This document shows positions 54,161 to 63,153 of a stretch of 64,000 bases of DNA, piece by piece; the first letter of the stretch is position 1, and each line of letters opens with the position of its first letter. The DNA is from Candidatus Omnitrophota bacterium. GTDB lineage: Bacteria; Omnitrophota; Gorgyraeia; Tantalellales; Tantalellaceae. A model generated the notes under the pieces. That model was given only the letters and a program-made list of their open reading frames with translations, made no database searches and was not told the DNA's origin. The translations under genes and the position numbers were made by a program. The stretch lies in contig JBARQV010000006.1 in the NCBI GenBank assembly GCA_049643885.1, positions 19,234-83,233 of the forward strand. Reading direction: 5' to 3'.

Positions 54161-54237
54161 GGGCGCATAGCTCAGTTGGTTAGAGCGCATGCCTCACATG
54201 CATGAGGTCGGAGGTTCGAGCCCCCCTGCGCCCACCA
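54161..54237 (+). tRNA. tRNA-Val (anticodon CAC)
   Basis: Acceptor GGGCGCA/TGCGCCC, anticodon loop CTCACAT, T-loop TTCGAGC, encoded CCA. Confidence 0.8.
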
Positions 54238-54256
54238 TTTTTAATGAAAGGTTGAG

Positions 54257-54979
54257 ATGTCTGAAGAAACGAACTATAAAGGTCAATTAGCCAAGCTCAT
54301 TCAGCTGCAGGAATATGACGCCGAGATATATGGCCTTAAGGCCAGAAAAGGCGGGATCCCTGTAAGGATCGAAGGGATAAATTCAGCGATCGAAAAGAGA
54401 AAAGGAAACATGAATAAAGCGGACGAAGATCTCAAGGTCTTTCAGGTCGCGAGGAGCCAAAAAGAAACAGAAATGGGCGCCAACGAGGAAAAGATCAAAA
54501 AGCACGAGGGGAATCTCTACCAGATAAAGAATAATAAAGAATACCAGGCTCTTCTTGGCGAGATCAAAAGCATCAAAGCCGACGTTTCGCTCCAGGAGGA
54601 GGAGATAATAAATCTCCTGGACCAGATAGGGAACGCTAAGAACAAGTTCGAGGAAGAGAAGAAGATCTTCGAGGAAGAAAAGTCCAAATTGAACAAGGAA
54701 CAGGAAGACATAAAGGCCGAGGAAAAGAGGATCGTCGCCCGTCTCGATGAGCTTGAGCCCACGCGCAAGCAGTACGCGCAGGATATCGATAAAAACATAC
54801 TTGATAGATATGATAGGGTGCTTGAGCTGAGAGGCGGGATAGCGTTAGCCAAGGTCAACGGCGAGGTGTGCAGCGAGTGCAGCATGACCCTGCGCCCGCA
54901 GATAATAAACGAAGCTAAGCTGAAAAGAGAACCGGTTTTTTGCGAAAATTGTTCCAGAATACTTTATGTCGAAGACTAA
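54257..54979 (+). CDS. coiled-coil C4 zinc-ribbon protein (COG1579-like)
   Basis: Long coiled coil, then C-terminal CSECS...CENC zinc ribbon. Confidence 0.65.
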   Translation: MSEETNYKGQLAKLIQLQEYDAEIYGLKARKGGIPVRIEGINSAIEKRKGNMNKADEDLKVFQVARSQKETEMGANEEKIKKHEGNLYQIKNNKEYQALLGEIKSIKADVSLQEEEIINLLDQIGNAKNKFEEEKKIFEEEKSKLNKEQEDIKAEEKRIVARLDELEPTRKQYAQDIDKNILDRYDRVLELRGGIALAKVNGEVCSECSMTLRPQIINEAKLKREPVFCENCSRILYVED

Positions 54980-55394
54980 CGAAAAAGGAACAGTACAGAT
55001 ATACACTGACGGGGGAGCGCGCGGCAATCCCGGCCCGGCCGGTATAGGCGTGGTGCTTTTCGATGGCAGCGGCAAAAAGCTGGAAGAAATATCAAAATAT
55101 ATCGGGAGCGCCACAAATAACGTGGCGGAATATCTGGCGGTCATTTACGGCCTGACCGAAGCGCTTTTCAAGGGCGCGGGGAACGTCATCCTTAACGTGG
55201 ACAGCCAGCTGGTCGCGAAACAGCTCAAGGGAGAGTACAAGGTTAAGGACCAGAATATACGCAAATATTGCGGCATTGCCTTGAATCTTTTCAGGGGATT
55301 TGATAAAGTGGAAGTGAAGGAGATCCCGAGGGAAAAGAACAAGGAAGCCGACACCCTTGTTAATAAGGCCATAAATCTGGAATCTTTATTGTAA
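54966..55394 (+). CDS. rnhA: ribonuclease HI
   Basis: IYTDGG..GNPG...E..A...L DEDD catalytic pattern. 142 aa. Confidence 0.85.
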   Translation: MSKTNEKGTVQIYTDGGARGNPGPAGIGVVLFDGSGKKLEEISKYIGSATNNVAEYLAVIYGLTEALFKGAGNVILNVDSQLVAKQLKGEYKVKDQNIRKYCGIALNLFRGFDKVEVKEIPREKNKEADTLVNKAINLESLL

Positions 55395-55410
55395 AATATA
55401 CAGTTCATTG

Positions 55411-55767
55411 AAGCAGGTCGGGTGATTGCTCTTTGCTTTCGGCAAGGGGAGGAAAGTCCGGGCTCCACATAGCAGCGTAGCGGGTAACGCCCGTCCACCG
55501 CGAGGTGAGGATAAGAGCCACAGAGACGAGTAGGCGCGCATTCAGCGCGTTGACGTGAAACGAGGCAATCTCTACGCGGAGCAAGGCCAAATAGGGAAGG
55601 AATCAGAAAAGTCCGGAACGTGCGGATAGACTGATACCGAAGCAGCTAGTTTCGTTAATACTTCCGGGTAGGCCGCAAGAGGCCGCCAGCGATGGCGGTC
55701 CCAGATAGATAATCACCGGGGAAGATGAATATCTTACTCACAGAACCCGGCTTACAGACTTGCTTCA
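55411..55767 (+). ncRNA. rnpB: RNase P RNA, bacterial type A
   Basis: Universally conserved GGAAAGTCCGGGCTCC (P4 5' strand), GTAACGCC, AGCAAGGCCAAATAGGG, ACAGAACCCGGCTTA. The P1 5' strand gaagcaggtc pairs with the 3' strand gacttgcttc. Confidence 0.85.
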
Positions 55768-55781
55768 ATGGGTAGATCATA

Positions 55782-56522
55782 ATGCAAGGGATCATTTCCG
55801 CCAAAAGTCTTTTCTACACTTACGGATCAGGCCGGAACCGCGTCGAAGCCCTGAAAGGCGTCGACCTGGAAGTGTTCAGGGGAGAGATCTTCGGTTTTTT
55901 AGGTCCGAACGGTGCCGGCAAGACCACTACCATAAAACTTCTGCTTGGCATTCTGCCAAATCAAAAAGGGGAACTTTCTCTTTTCGGTAAAAATCCTTCC
56001 ATCCCTGAAACCCGCCAGTCCATCGGATATATGCCTGAGATCGCTGATTATTACAGGTATCTTACTCCCGTGGAGCTTCTTGACATGTACGGGGCTTTTT
56101 TCCGGATCGAAAAAAGTGACCTGCGCGGGAGGATAAAGGAGCTCATGGGCCTGGTAGGCCTGGAAGAGGCCACGGGCAGGCTTATGCAGACGTTCTCTAA
56201 GGGAATGATGCAGAAAGTCAGCTTTGCCCAGGCCCTTGTAAATGACCCTGACCTGTTGATCCTGGACGAGCCTACCGGAGGGCTGGACCCTGTCGCCCGG
56301 AAGAGAATGCGCAAGGTCATTACGGATTTGCGGGACAAGGGCAAGACTATATTCTTTTCTTCTCACGAACTTTCCGAGGTAGAGCTCGTGGCTGACAGGG
56401 TAGGCATACTCGACAAGGGAAAACTTAAAGCCAGCGGCTCTCTTGAAGATTTCCTGAGAGGAAAAGGCGAAAAACAGACCCTGGAGAATTATTTTCTGCA
56501 AATAATAGAGGAGAAGGCGTGA
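55782..56522 (+). CDS. ABC transporter ATP-binding protein
   Basis: Walker A GPNGAGKTT, ABC signature, and Walker B LLILDEPT. Confidence 0.85.
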   Translation: MQGIISAKSLFYTYGSGRNRVEALKGVDLEVFRGEIFGFLGPNGAGKTTTIKLLLGILPNQKGELSLFGKNPSIPETRQSIGYMPEIADYYRYLTPVELLDMYGAFFRIEKSDLRGRIKELMGLVGLEEATGRLMQTFSKGMMQKVSFAQALVNDPDLLILDEPTGGLDPVARKRMRKVITDLRDKGKTIFFSSHELSEVELVADRVGILDKGKLKASGSLEDFLRGKGEKQTLENYFLQIIEEKA

Positions 56523-57289
56523 AAGCGGTCTTAGCCATCGGCAACTGTGTCATGAAAGAGCTTATGAGAAAAAAGGATTTTTTCGTCCTTCTCATTTTCA
56601 TGCTCGTTATCCTCGGTATCATGGCAGCCCAGAATTTTTTCCAGATCGAGGGAATCACGCGTTATATCAGGGATATCGGGTACTCACTGGTCATGTTGTT
56701 TTCTTTTATTATTGCCGTGGTCTTTTCGTCCAGGCAGTTCCCGGTAGAGATCGAATCCCGGACGATATACCCGCTCTTGTCCAAGCCCTTGAGCCGTTTT
56801 ACCATAATCCTGGGTAAGTTCTGGGGTTGTGTGCTTATTTCCGTGATCTCGTATACTTTCTATTTCGGCGTTTATCTTCTTTTTTTCATCGCTGAGACCG
56901 GAACGGGCAACCTGGTGCTCATGGGGCAGAGTTATTTTTTCGGCATTCTTTTCCTGTGCCTTGTGTCCGCGCTTGTGGTCTTCTTTTCTAATTTCTTGAC
57001 GATGTCTGCCAATATTACCTTGTCTTTCCTGATATACTTTATTATCACAGGCTTCAGCGACAACATCAGGAATGCTGTTACGTTTTCCAAGGGGGTATTG
57101 TCATACGCCCTCGGTGTTTTGTATTACATCCTTCCTCATTTTGATTTTTTTGATCTGCGTTTAAGGGTCACTCACGAGTGGGATCCTTTGCCTCTTTGGG
57201 TGGTCGCTTCTGTTGCGCTTTATGCCCTGGTTTACTGCGGCATACTTCTGATTTTGTCAGGTTATCTTTTCGAAAGGAAAAGATTTTGA
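56519..57289 (+). CDS. ABC-2-type transporter permease
   Basis: Six TM helices. Coupled to the ATPase. Confidence 0.65.
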   Translation: MKAVLAIGNCVMKELMRKKDFFVLLIFMLVILGIMAAQNFFQIEGITRYIRDIGYSLVMLFSFIIAVVFSSRQFPVEIESRTIYPLLSKPLSRFTIILGKFWGCVLISVISYTFYFGVYLLFFIAETGTGNLVLMGQSYFFGILFLCLVSALVVFFSNFLTMSANITLSFLIYFIITGFSDNIRNAVTFSKGVLSYALGVLYYILPHFDFFDLRLRVTHEWDPLPLWVVASVALYALVYCGILLILSGYLFERKRF

Positions 57290-58083
57290 GCAAGCGAGGC
57301 GTCTTTTTTCTCCTGGCATGTCTGGTCCTGCTGGTATTTACGGCTCCCGGAATAGACGGGTATAACCATGCTTTCATGGCTTCCAAGCAGGTGCAGGACC
57401 TCCCGTTCTGGGTCCGTTTTTTGGGGGAAGGCAGGTCCATTCTTTCGAATCTCGCCATTTTACAGGCAGACCTTTATTTCCACGGCGGCGTCGGGCATTT
57501 CCACGAGGAACACACGGAAGGTTTGTGTATATTCGAGCGGGGTGAGGGGTGTGAAGAAGAGGCGCATGAGCGCGAAGAGACCCCGGAGTGCGGCAAATAC
57601 AATATTTTGTTCCGGATATCCAGGGAGATCGAGCTGACGGAGCATATACACCTTGAAGGCGAACAGACCGAGCAGATCGTCCCCTGGCTTTATTACGCCG
57701 CAAAGATCGATCCACACAATATTCTTGCCTATACCCTTACTTCTTACTGGCTTGCCGACAGGTGGGGTAAATTCGATCAGGCATTTTCTTTCCTGCGGGA
57801 AGGGCTGGCCAATAACCCGGACTCGTGGGAGATAAACGCGGAGCTTGGACGCTTATATTTTCAGCATAAAGAGGACTATGAAGCCGCGGTACGTTTTTTG
57901 ACCAGAGCCAGGGACCTGCTAAAAGAATCGCCGCACGATAAATTCGAAGAAAGATTCGTCCTTTTTTATCTCGCGTTGAGTTACGAGGCCTTGGGCGAGA
58001 AGGAAAAGGCCCTGCTTGTTTACAGGCACCTCAATGAGATCTTCCCCGGGGCATACGACAAAAAGATAAAGGGGCTTGAGTGA
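57286..58083 (+). CDS. secreted TPR-like protein (apparent TTG start overlapping the permease stop)
   Basis: Signal peptide, TPR-like helical repeats in the C-terminal half. Start uncertain. Confidence 0.4.
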   Translation: MSKRGVFFLLACLVLLVFTAPGIDGYNHAFMASKQVQDLPFWVRFLGEGRSILSNLAILQADLYFHGGVGHFHEEHTEGLCIFERGEGCEEEAHEREETPECGKYNILFRISREIELTEHIHLEGEQTEQIVPWLYYAAKIDPHNILAYTLTSYWLADRWGKFDQAFSFLREGLANNPDSWEINAELGRLYFQHKEDYEAAVRFLTRARDLLKESPHDKFEERFVLFYLALSYEALGEKEKALLVYRHLNEIFPGAYDKKIKGLE

Positions 58084-58937
58084 AGACGTATCTGGAATGT
58101 ATTCCATGTTTTCTGCGCCAGGCCCTGGACGCGGCAAAACTGTCCGGAGCCGATAAGAAGACCCAGAAGAAGATCATAGATGAAGTTGCACGCCTGCTCC
58201 CGGATTTTTCCCTGGATGTGGCCCCGCCCGAGATCGCGAGGACAGTTTACGGTGTGGTAGAAAACTACACCGGGGGGAAAGACGCCTACCGGCACATCAA
58301 GGAAAAGAGCAACGCGATGGCCATGGAGCTTTATGCCCGCCTTAAAAAGGAGATCGAAGGCTCGGATGATATTCTCCTGAGCGCGGTGCGCCTTGCTGTT
58401 GCGGGAAATGTCATAGATTACGGGGTACCCCACGCGTTCGATATCGAAAAAGAGATCGAGGAATGCCTGGAGAAGGATTTCGCGGTGTTCGATTTTGATG
58501 ATTTCAAAAAGGCGGTGAATGAAGCTAAAAATATCCTCTATATCCTGGATAACGCAGGTGAGATAGTTTTCGACACCATACTTATAGAGGAAATAAAGAA
58601 AGATATCATTTGCGCGGTCAGGGGAAAACCGATCATAAATGATGTGACCATGGAAGACGCCAGGCAAGTCGGTCTTGATAAAAAGGCCAGGGTCATTTCA
58701 AGCGGTTCTGACATCCCGGGGACGGGCCTTGAAAGGTGCGACAAGGAATTCCTCCAGATATACAAAGATGCCGATGTCATCATAAGCAAAGGCCAGGGGA
58801 ATTACGAGACGCTAGCCGATGAGGCAAGGCCTATCTTTTTCATTTTCAAAGCCAAATGCCCGGTTATCGCCGAGCACATCGGATGCAGGGTAGGGGACAT
58901 CATTTTAAAGAAGCAGAGTTCCGCATCGGTTATTTAG
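58080..58937 (+). CDS. DUF89-family (ARMT1-like damage-control phosphatase) protein
   Basis: N-terminal TYLECIPCFLRQ hallmark and DN.GE motif. Confidence 0.7.
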   Translation: MKTYLECIPCFLRQALDAAKLSGADKKTQKKIIDEVARLLPDFSLDVAPPEIARTVYGVVENYTGGKDAYRHIKEKSNAMAMELYARLKKEIEGSDDILLSAVRLAVAGNVIDYGVPHAFDIEKEIEECLEKDFAVFDFDDFKKAVNEAKNILYILDNAGEIVFDTILIEEIKKDIICAVRGKPIINDVTMEDARQVGLDKKARVISSGSDIPGTGLERCDKEFLQIYKDADVIISKGQGNYETLADEARPIFFIFKAKCPVIAEHIGCRVGDIILKKQSSASVI

Positions 58938-58961
58938 AATGTTTATCCTGTTTTTGCCGGG

Positions 58962-59002
58962 GCACCGGGCGGAGGGGCCCTGGTAGGGAATATGCTGCAC
59001 TG
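58962..59002 (+). repeat. F3 repeat, partial copy a (right arm: gcaccgggcggaggggccctggtagggaatatgctgcactg)
   Basis: 40/41 identical to part of F3b at 61879-61919. Confidence 0.6.
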
Positions 59003-59265
59003 CGCAACTTATATCCGAACGAAAAATAGCTCTGCAAAAACAATAAAATCTTTCCCATCCAAATTTTTTAACGGTATTTTTCTAACTTTCGAAGGGCATA
59101 AAAGAACTCGCCCTTTTTGATTTCTTCCGGAAGAAATCAAAAAGGGCTCAAACATCCTTTTACGCTGTTTTCCTTCAAAAGTTATAAAAATACCTAAAAT
59201 TTGGCAATGGGTCCCTTTGATCTTATTGTTTTTGCTGAGCTAATCATCTACTAGTAACAAAAACG

Positions 59266-59431
59266 TTCGTGATTTTTATTGCCTGGCCTGTTCCGTACAG
59301 GGCTTTAAATTTCCGAGTGGGCACGGTTCGCCCGTGTCTTAACTTCCGGCGAGAGCGAGGAAATTTTAGAGTCCGATTTTCTCGCTGGGAAAATCGGACG
59401 TCCCTGGTAGGAACGGACAGGCAATAAAAAA
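59266..59431 (+). repeat. F2 structured repeat, copy b
   Basis: See F2a. Confidence 0.75.
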
Positions 59432-59473
59432 TCGAAGTCAATAGTGTCGAGATAGCTTGACAACCATCCAAAA

Positions 59474-59513
59474 ATATGTTAACATATGAACAGTTGTTCA
59501 TATGTTAACATAT
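59474..59513 (+). promoter_or_regulatory. ArsR/SmtB-type operator: perfect 10-2-10 inverted repeat CATATGAACA-GT-TGTTCATATG nested inside flanking ATATGTTAACATAT palindromes
   Basis: Read directly from the sequence. Lies 18 nt upstream of the arsR start. Confidence 0.6.
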
Positions 59514-59530
59514 TAGCTTGGGGAAGAAAT

Positions 59531-59869
59531 ATGAGAAAAGATCTGATCGCGGAAATACAGAAACAGATGAAGTCCCAGGAAATAGTCGACAAACTTTCCA
59601 GGACGTTCAGCGTGCTTGGCGACCCGACCAGGACCAAGCTGATATTCGCCTTGTCCAAGGAAGAGTTGTGCGTGGCTGAGTTGTCACAGATCCTTGGCAT
59701 GAGCCATTCGGCGATATCACACCAATTGAGGGCTCTTAAGGACCTGGACCTGGTAAGGTGCTGTAAAAAGGGAAGAAAGGCTTTTTATTCACTGAACGAT
59801 AAACATATAGAGAACCTTTTCAAGGAGGGGCTGAAGCACGTCCTTGAAAGAGTTGAAAAAGAGGTATAA
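59531..59869 (+). CDS. arsR: ArsR/SmtB-family metalloregulator
   Basis: LGDPTRTKLIFAL...ELCVAEL...SHSAISHQLRAL wHTH. Start trimmed to MRKDLIAE. Confidence 0.8.
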   Translation: MRKDLIAEIQKQMKSQEIVDKLSRTFSVLGDPTRTKLIFALSKEELCVAELSQILGMSHSAISHQLRALKDLDLVRCCKKGRKAFYSLNDKHIENLFKEGLKHVLERVEKEV

Positions 59870-59870
59870 A

Positions 59871-60101
59871 ATGGAAGAAATGGTCCTGACAAAATTAAAA
59901 CCGCACCAGACCGCTGTGGTCAAGGATATCACCGGCGGATACAATGCCGTCCAGCGTCTGGGCGCCATGGGTATAAGGCCGGGGAAGAAGATAACCATGA
60001 TAAGCGCTCATTTCTGGAGGGGGCCCGTTACTATTTTGATCGACAAGGCAAAGATAGCGATAGGCCACGGCATGGCTCAGAAGATCATGGTAGAGGTATA
60101 G
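59871..60101 (+). CDS. feoA: ferrous iron transport protein A
   Basis: SH3-like FeoA (LKPHQTAVVKDI...G.RPG). 76 aa. Confidence 0.75.
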   Translation: MEEMVLTKLKPHQTAVVKDITGGYNAVQRLGAMGIRPGKKITMISAHFWRGPVTILIDKAKIAIGHGMAQKIMVEV

Positions 60102-60102
60102 T

Positions 60103-61833
60103 ATGGCGAAGGAAGAGAGAGAAATTCTTCTCATGGGCAACCCAAATACGGGGAAGAGTGTGATATTCTCCAGGCTTACGGGAGCGAAGGTGACGATTTC
60201 CAATTATCCCGGCACCACCGTAGGCTTTACCCAGGGATACATGAAGCTGAAAGGGGAAGAAACCGGTATTGTCCTCGATGTCCCCGGAGTATATAATCTG
60301 GAACCCCTCTGCAAAGCTGACGAAGTCGCTACCGATATGTTGGAAAAAGGCGACATGCTTATAAATATTGTCGATGCCACAAATCTCGAAAGGAATCTAT
60401 ATCTTACACTGGAGCTTCGTGAAAGGGGCATTCCCATGGTCGTCGCGCTTAACATGTGGGACGAGACAAAACACCGTGGGGTGGAAATAGATGTTGAGAA
60501 ATTAGAGAAAGAACTCGGCGTGCCGGTTGTCCCTACGTGCGGCCTTACCGGTGTAGGTATAAAGGAGATGGTGGGGCGATTGCAGAAGGCCGGGAAACCT
60601 GGCTTCAAGCCCTTAAGCCGTGACCAGAAATGGGAAGAGATCGGAAGGATAGTCAGCGTAGCCCAGAAACTCCATCGCCACCATCATACCATCCTGCAGC
60701 GGCTCGAAGATATAAGCACCCGGCCGGCTACGGGGTTGCCTATCGCGATTTTGGTCATTTATCTGTCTTTTGTGATCATAAGGTTCATAGGCGAAGGGCT
60801 TACAGGATATGTTTTCAATCCCTTTTTTGAAAAGATATGGATGCCGCTCATGATGAAATTGAGCGCTCTTTTAGGCGGCGGAGGAGTCATCCATGATATC
60901 CTTATCGGTAAAATCGTGGAAGGAGGGGTAGATTTCGGCGAATCTTTCGGTATATTGACGACGGGGCTTTATGTCCCCTTCGCCGCGGTCCTCCCGTACA
61001 TTTTCAGTTTTTATCTTGTCCTGGGCCTGCTCGAGGACTTTGGTTATCTTCCGCGTCTGGCGACGCAGGTAGATAACCTCATGCACCGTCTGGGGCTTCA
61101 TGGTTATGCAATAATCCCTATGATACTCGGGCTTGGCTGCAATGTCCCCGGGGCTATGGCACTGAGGCTTCTGGAGAACAGAAGGGAAAAATTCATTGCT
61201 GCTACAATAATGGCGATAGCCGTTCCTTGCATGGCCCAGATAGCCATGATCGTGGGGATTGTAGGGCAAAGGGGCGGCGGTTACCTGGCAATAATCTTCG
61301 GGACGCTTTTGCTGCTGATCATTATTAAAGGGCTTCTTATGAATCTTTTCATGAAAGGTAAAAGTCCGGAGATATTATGGGAGATACCTCCGTACAGGAT
61401 GCCGCAGCCCATGGCGGTCATGAAAAAACTATGGATGAGAGTATTTGAATTTCTGAAAGATGCCGTTCCCTATGTTTTGCTCGGCATTTTGATCGTAAAT
61501 ATACTGTATTTGCTCAGGGTATTTGATTTCCTGTCCAATTTGTTTGCGCCTGTCCTTACCGGACTGTGGGGGCTGCCCAAAGAGACGATGTCGGCGCTTC
61601 TTATAGGTTTTCTCCGTAAGGATGTGGCCGTGGGCATGCTGGCGCCGCTTAACCTGTCTACAAAAGATCTGGTCGTTGCATGTACTATCCTGGCTATTTA
61701 TTTTCCATGCATGGCGACGTTCATGGTGATGGTCCGCGAGTTAGGGGCGAAAGACATGGCAAAGTCGGCAGTGATCATGATAGTAACGGCTTTGATCGTA
61801 GGGACGGCTATGAACTTTTTGTTGCCGTTTTAA
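60103..61833 (+). CDS. feoB: ferrous iron transport protein B
   Basis: N-terminal G-domain (GNPNTGKS, DVPG, NMWD), then the polytopic membrane domain. Confidence 0.85.
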   Translation: MAKEEREILLMGNPNTGKSVIFSRLTGAKVTISNYPGTTVGFTQGYMKLKGEETGIVLDVPGVYNLEPLCKADEVATDMLEKGDMLINIVDATNLERNLYLTLELRERGIPMVVALNMWDETKHRGVEIDVEKLEKELGVPVVPTCGLTGVGIKEMVGRLQKAGKPGFKPLSRDQKWEEIGRIVSVAQKLHRHHHTILQRLEDISTRPATGLPIAILVIYLSFVIIRFIGEGLTGYVFNPFFEKIWMPLMMKLSALLGGGGVIHDILIGKIVEGGVDFGESFGILTTGLYVPFAAVLPYIFSFYLVLGLLEDFGYLPRLATQVDNLMHRLGLHGYAIIPMILGLGCNVPGAMALRLLENRREKFIAATIMAIAVPCMAQIAMIVGIVGQRGGGYLAIIFGTLLLLIIIKGLLMNLFMKGKSPEILWEIPPYRMPQPMAVMKKLWMRVFEFLKDAVPYVLLGILIVNILYLLRVFDFLSNLFAPVLTGLWGLPKETMSALLIGFLRKDVAVGMLAPLNLSTKDLVVACTILAIYFPCMATFMVMVRELGAKDMAKSAVIMIVTALIVGTAMNFLLPF

Positions 61834-61844
61834 GAAGTAAAGAG

Positions 61845-61925
61845 TATAGTGCAGTATGTTCCCGTACAGGGAGGATCCACACCGGGCGGAGGGGCCCTGG
61901 TAGGGAATATACTGCACTGTATAGT
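61845..61925 (+). repeat. F3 repeat, full copy b: about 28-bp-stem hairpin (tatagtgcagtatgttcccgtacaggg...ccctggtagggaatatactgcactgtata)
   Basis: Read directly. Lies between the feoB stop and the radical SAM start. Shares the gtacaggg/ccctggtag core with the F2 termini. Confidence 0.65.
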
Positions 61926-61973
61926 TTACATTCGCGACAGGACCCGCCTCCGCAATACGATATACAAGGGTGC

Positions 61974-63152
61974 ATGATGGATGTTATCAAGAAACTCGAT
62001 AAGATCTGGCACGAGAAACTGACCCGGAAAGACTTCCTCAAAAAGTGTCTCGCCGCCGGGATAGGTATGGGAGTTTCTTTATACCTTTTCGATATGTTTT
62101 CCAGATACAGGGCGTATGCCGCCATCGGCGAGAAAAGAGGCATGCGCGAGGCTCTTTTCTACGAGAAGATGGGCGACGAAGCCGTGAAGTGCCTCTTGTG
62201 TCCGAACTACTGCGTGCTCTCGAACGGCCAGAGGGGGTTTTGCCGCGTCCGGGAACAGGTCGACGGTAAACTTTACAGTCTTGTGTATGAACTTGTCTGC
62301 GCCGTTCATGTCGATCCTATTGAAAAAAAGCCCATGTATCACATGCTGCCCGGCAGCAGGTCCTTTTCCATAGCCACAGCCGGTTGCAATTCGCGGTGTA
62401 AATACTGCCAGAATTGGACTATCTCCCAGAGACCCCCGGAGGAGACCATGAACAAACGGTTGAGCGTCCCGAATCTGGTGGAGAGCGCTTCTTCAAACGG
62501 CTGCCGTTCGATAGCCTACACTTATAACGAGCCGATCATCTTCTACGAGTATATGCTCGATGCCTCCAAGCTCGCCAAGGAAAAAGGAATATATAATGTC
62601 ATGGTTACCGGGGGCAAGATCAATCCCGATCCTATTAAAAGAATGTTGAGCTATGTGGATTCCGCCAATTTTGACCTTAAGGGTTTTGACAAAAAATACC
62701 TGAGAGAGGTCTGCGCCCAGGACCTTGATAACATACTCCAGTCATTGACGCTGATGAAACAGGGGGGCATGTGGGTCGAAATAACCAACCTGATCGTCCC
62801 CACGCTGAACGATAAGATGGATGATATCAGGCAGATGGTGAAGTGGATAAAGAGAGAGCTCGGCCCGGACGTGCCGCTGCACTTTTCCAGATTCTGGCCC
62901 CAGTATAAATTGCGGTCGCTTTATCCTACGCCTACCGAGACGCTTAAGCGGGCAAGGGACATCGCTCTTGAAGAGGGGCTGCATTATGTGTACATAGGGA
63001 ACGTCCCGGAAATCGGGACGGGCGATACTGTATGCCCCAGGTGCAAGAACACAGTTATAAAAAGGATCGGGTACAGTGTCCTGGAAAATCATGTCTCGTC
63101 AGACGGGATATGCGGATTTTGCGGAAATAAAATAGCCGGTATTTGGAAATAA
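61974..63152 (+). CDS. AmmeMemoRadiSam-system radical SAM enzyme (PflA-like) with Tat/signal-like N-terminus
   Basis: Radical SAM motif CNSRCKYC plus upstream Cys cluster CLLCPNYC. N-terminus TRKDFLKKCLAAGIGMGVSLYLF...AYA. The ORF-track start at 61680 overlaps feoB and was trimmed to the first ATG after the F3b hairpin. Confidence 0.8.
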   Translation: MMDVIKKLDKIWHEKLTRKDFLKKCLAAGIGMGVSLYLFDMFSRYRAYAAIGEKRGMREALFYEKMGDEAVKCLLCPNYCVLSNGQRGFCRVREQVDGKLYSLVYELVCAVHVDPIEKKPMYHMLPGSRSFSIATAGCNSRCKYCQNWTISQRPPEETMNKRLSVPNLVESASSNGCRSIAYTYNEPIIFYEYMLDASKLAKEKGIYNVMVTGGKINPDPIKRMLSYVDSANFDLKGFDKKYLREVCAQDLDNILQSLTLMKQGGMWVEITNLIVPTLNDKMDDIRQMVKWIKRELGPDVPLHFSRFWPQYKLRSLYPTPTETLKRARDIALEEGLHYVYIGNVPEIGTGDTVCPRCKNTVIKRIGYSVLENHVSSDGICGFCGNKIAGIWK

Positions 63153-63153
63153 T

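Noticed and set aside
55145-55590. Minus-strand ORFs 55145-55498 and 55405-55590, and plus-strand ORF 55760-55990
   Set aside because: They overlap the RNase P RNA gene (conserved P4/P15 motifs present) and the 5' end of the ABC ATPase. They are non-coding.
61680-61973. N-terminal 98-aa extension of the radical SAM ORF given in the ORF track
   Set aside because: It overlaps the last 150 nt of feoB and reads through the F3b hairpin. The first ATG after the hairpin (61974) gives a sensible N-terminus.
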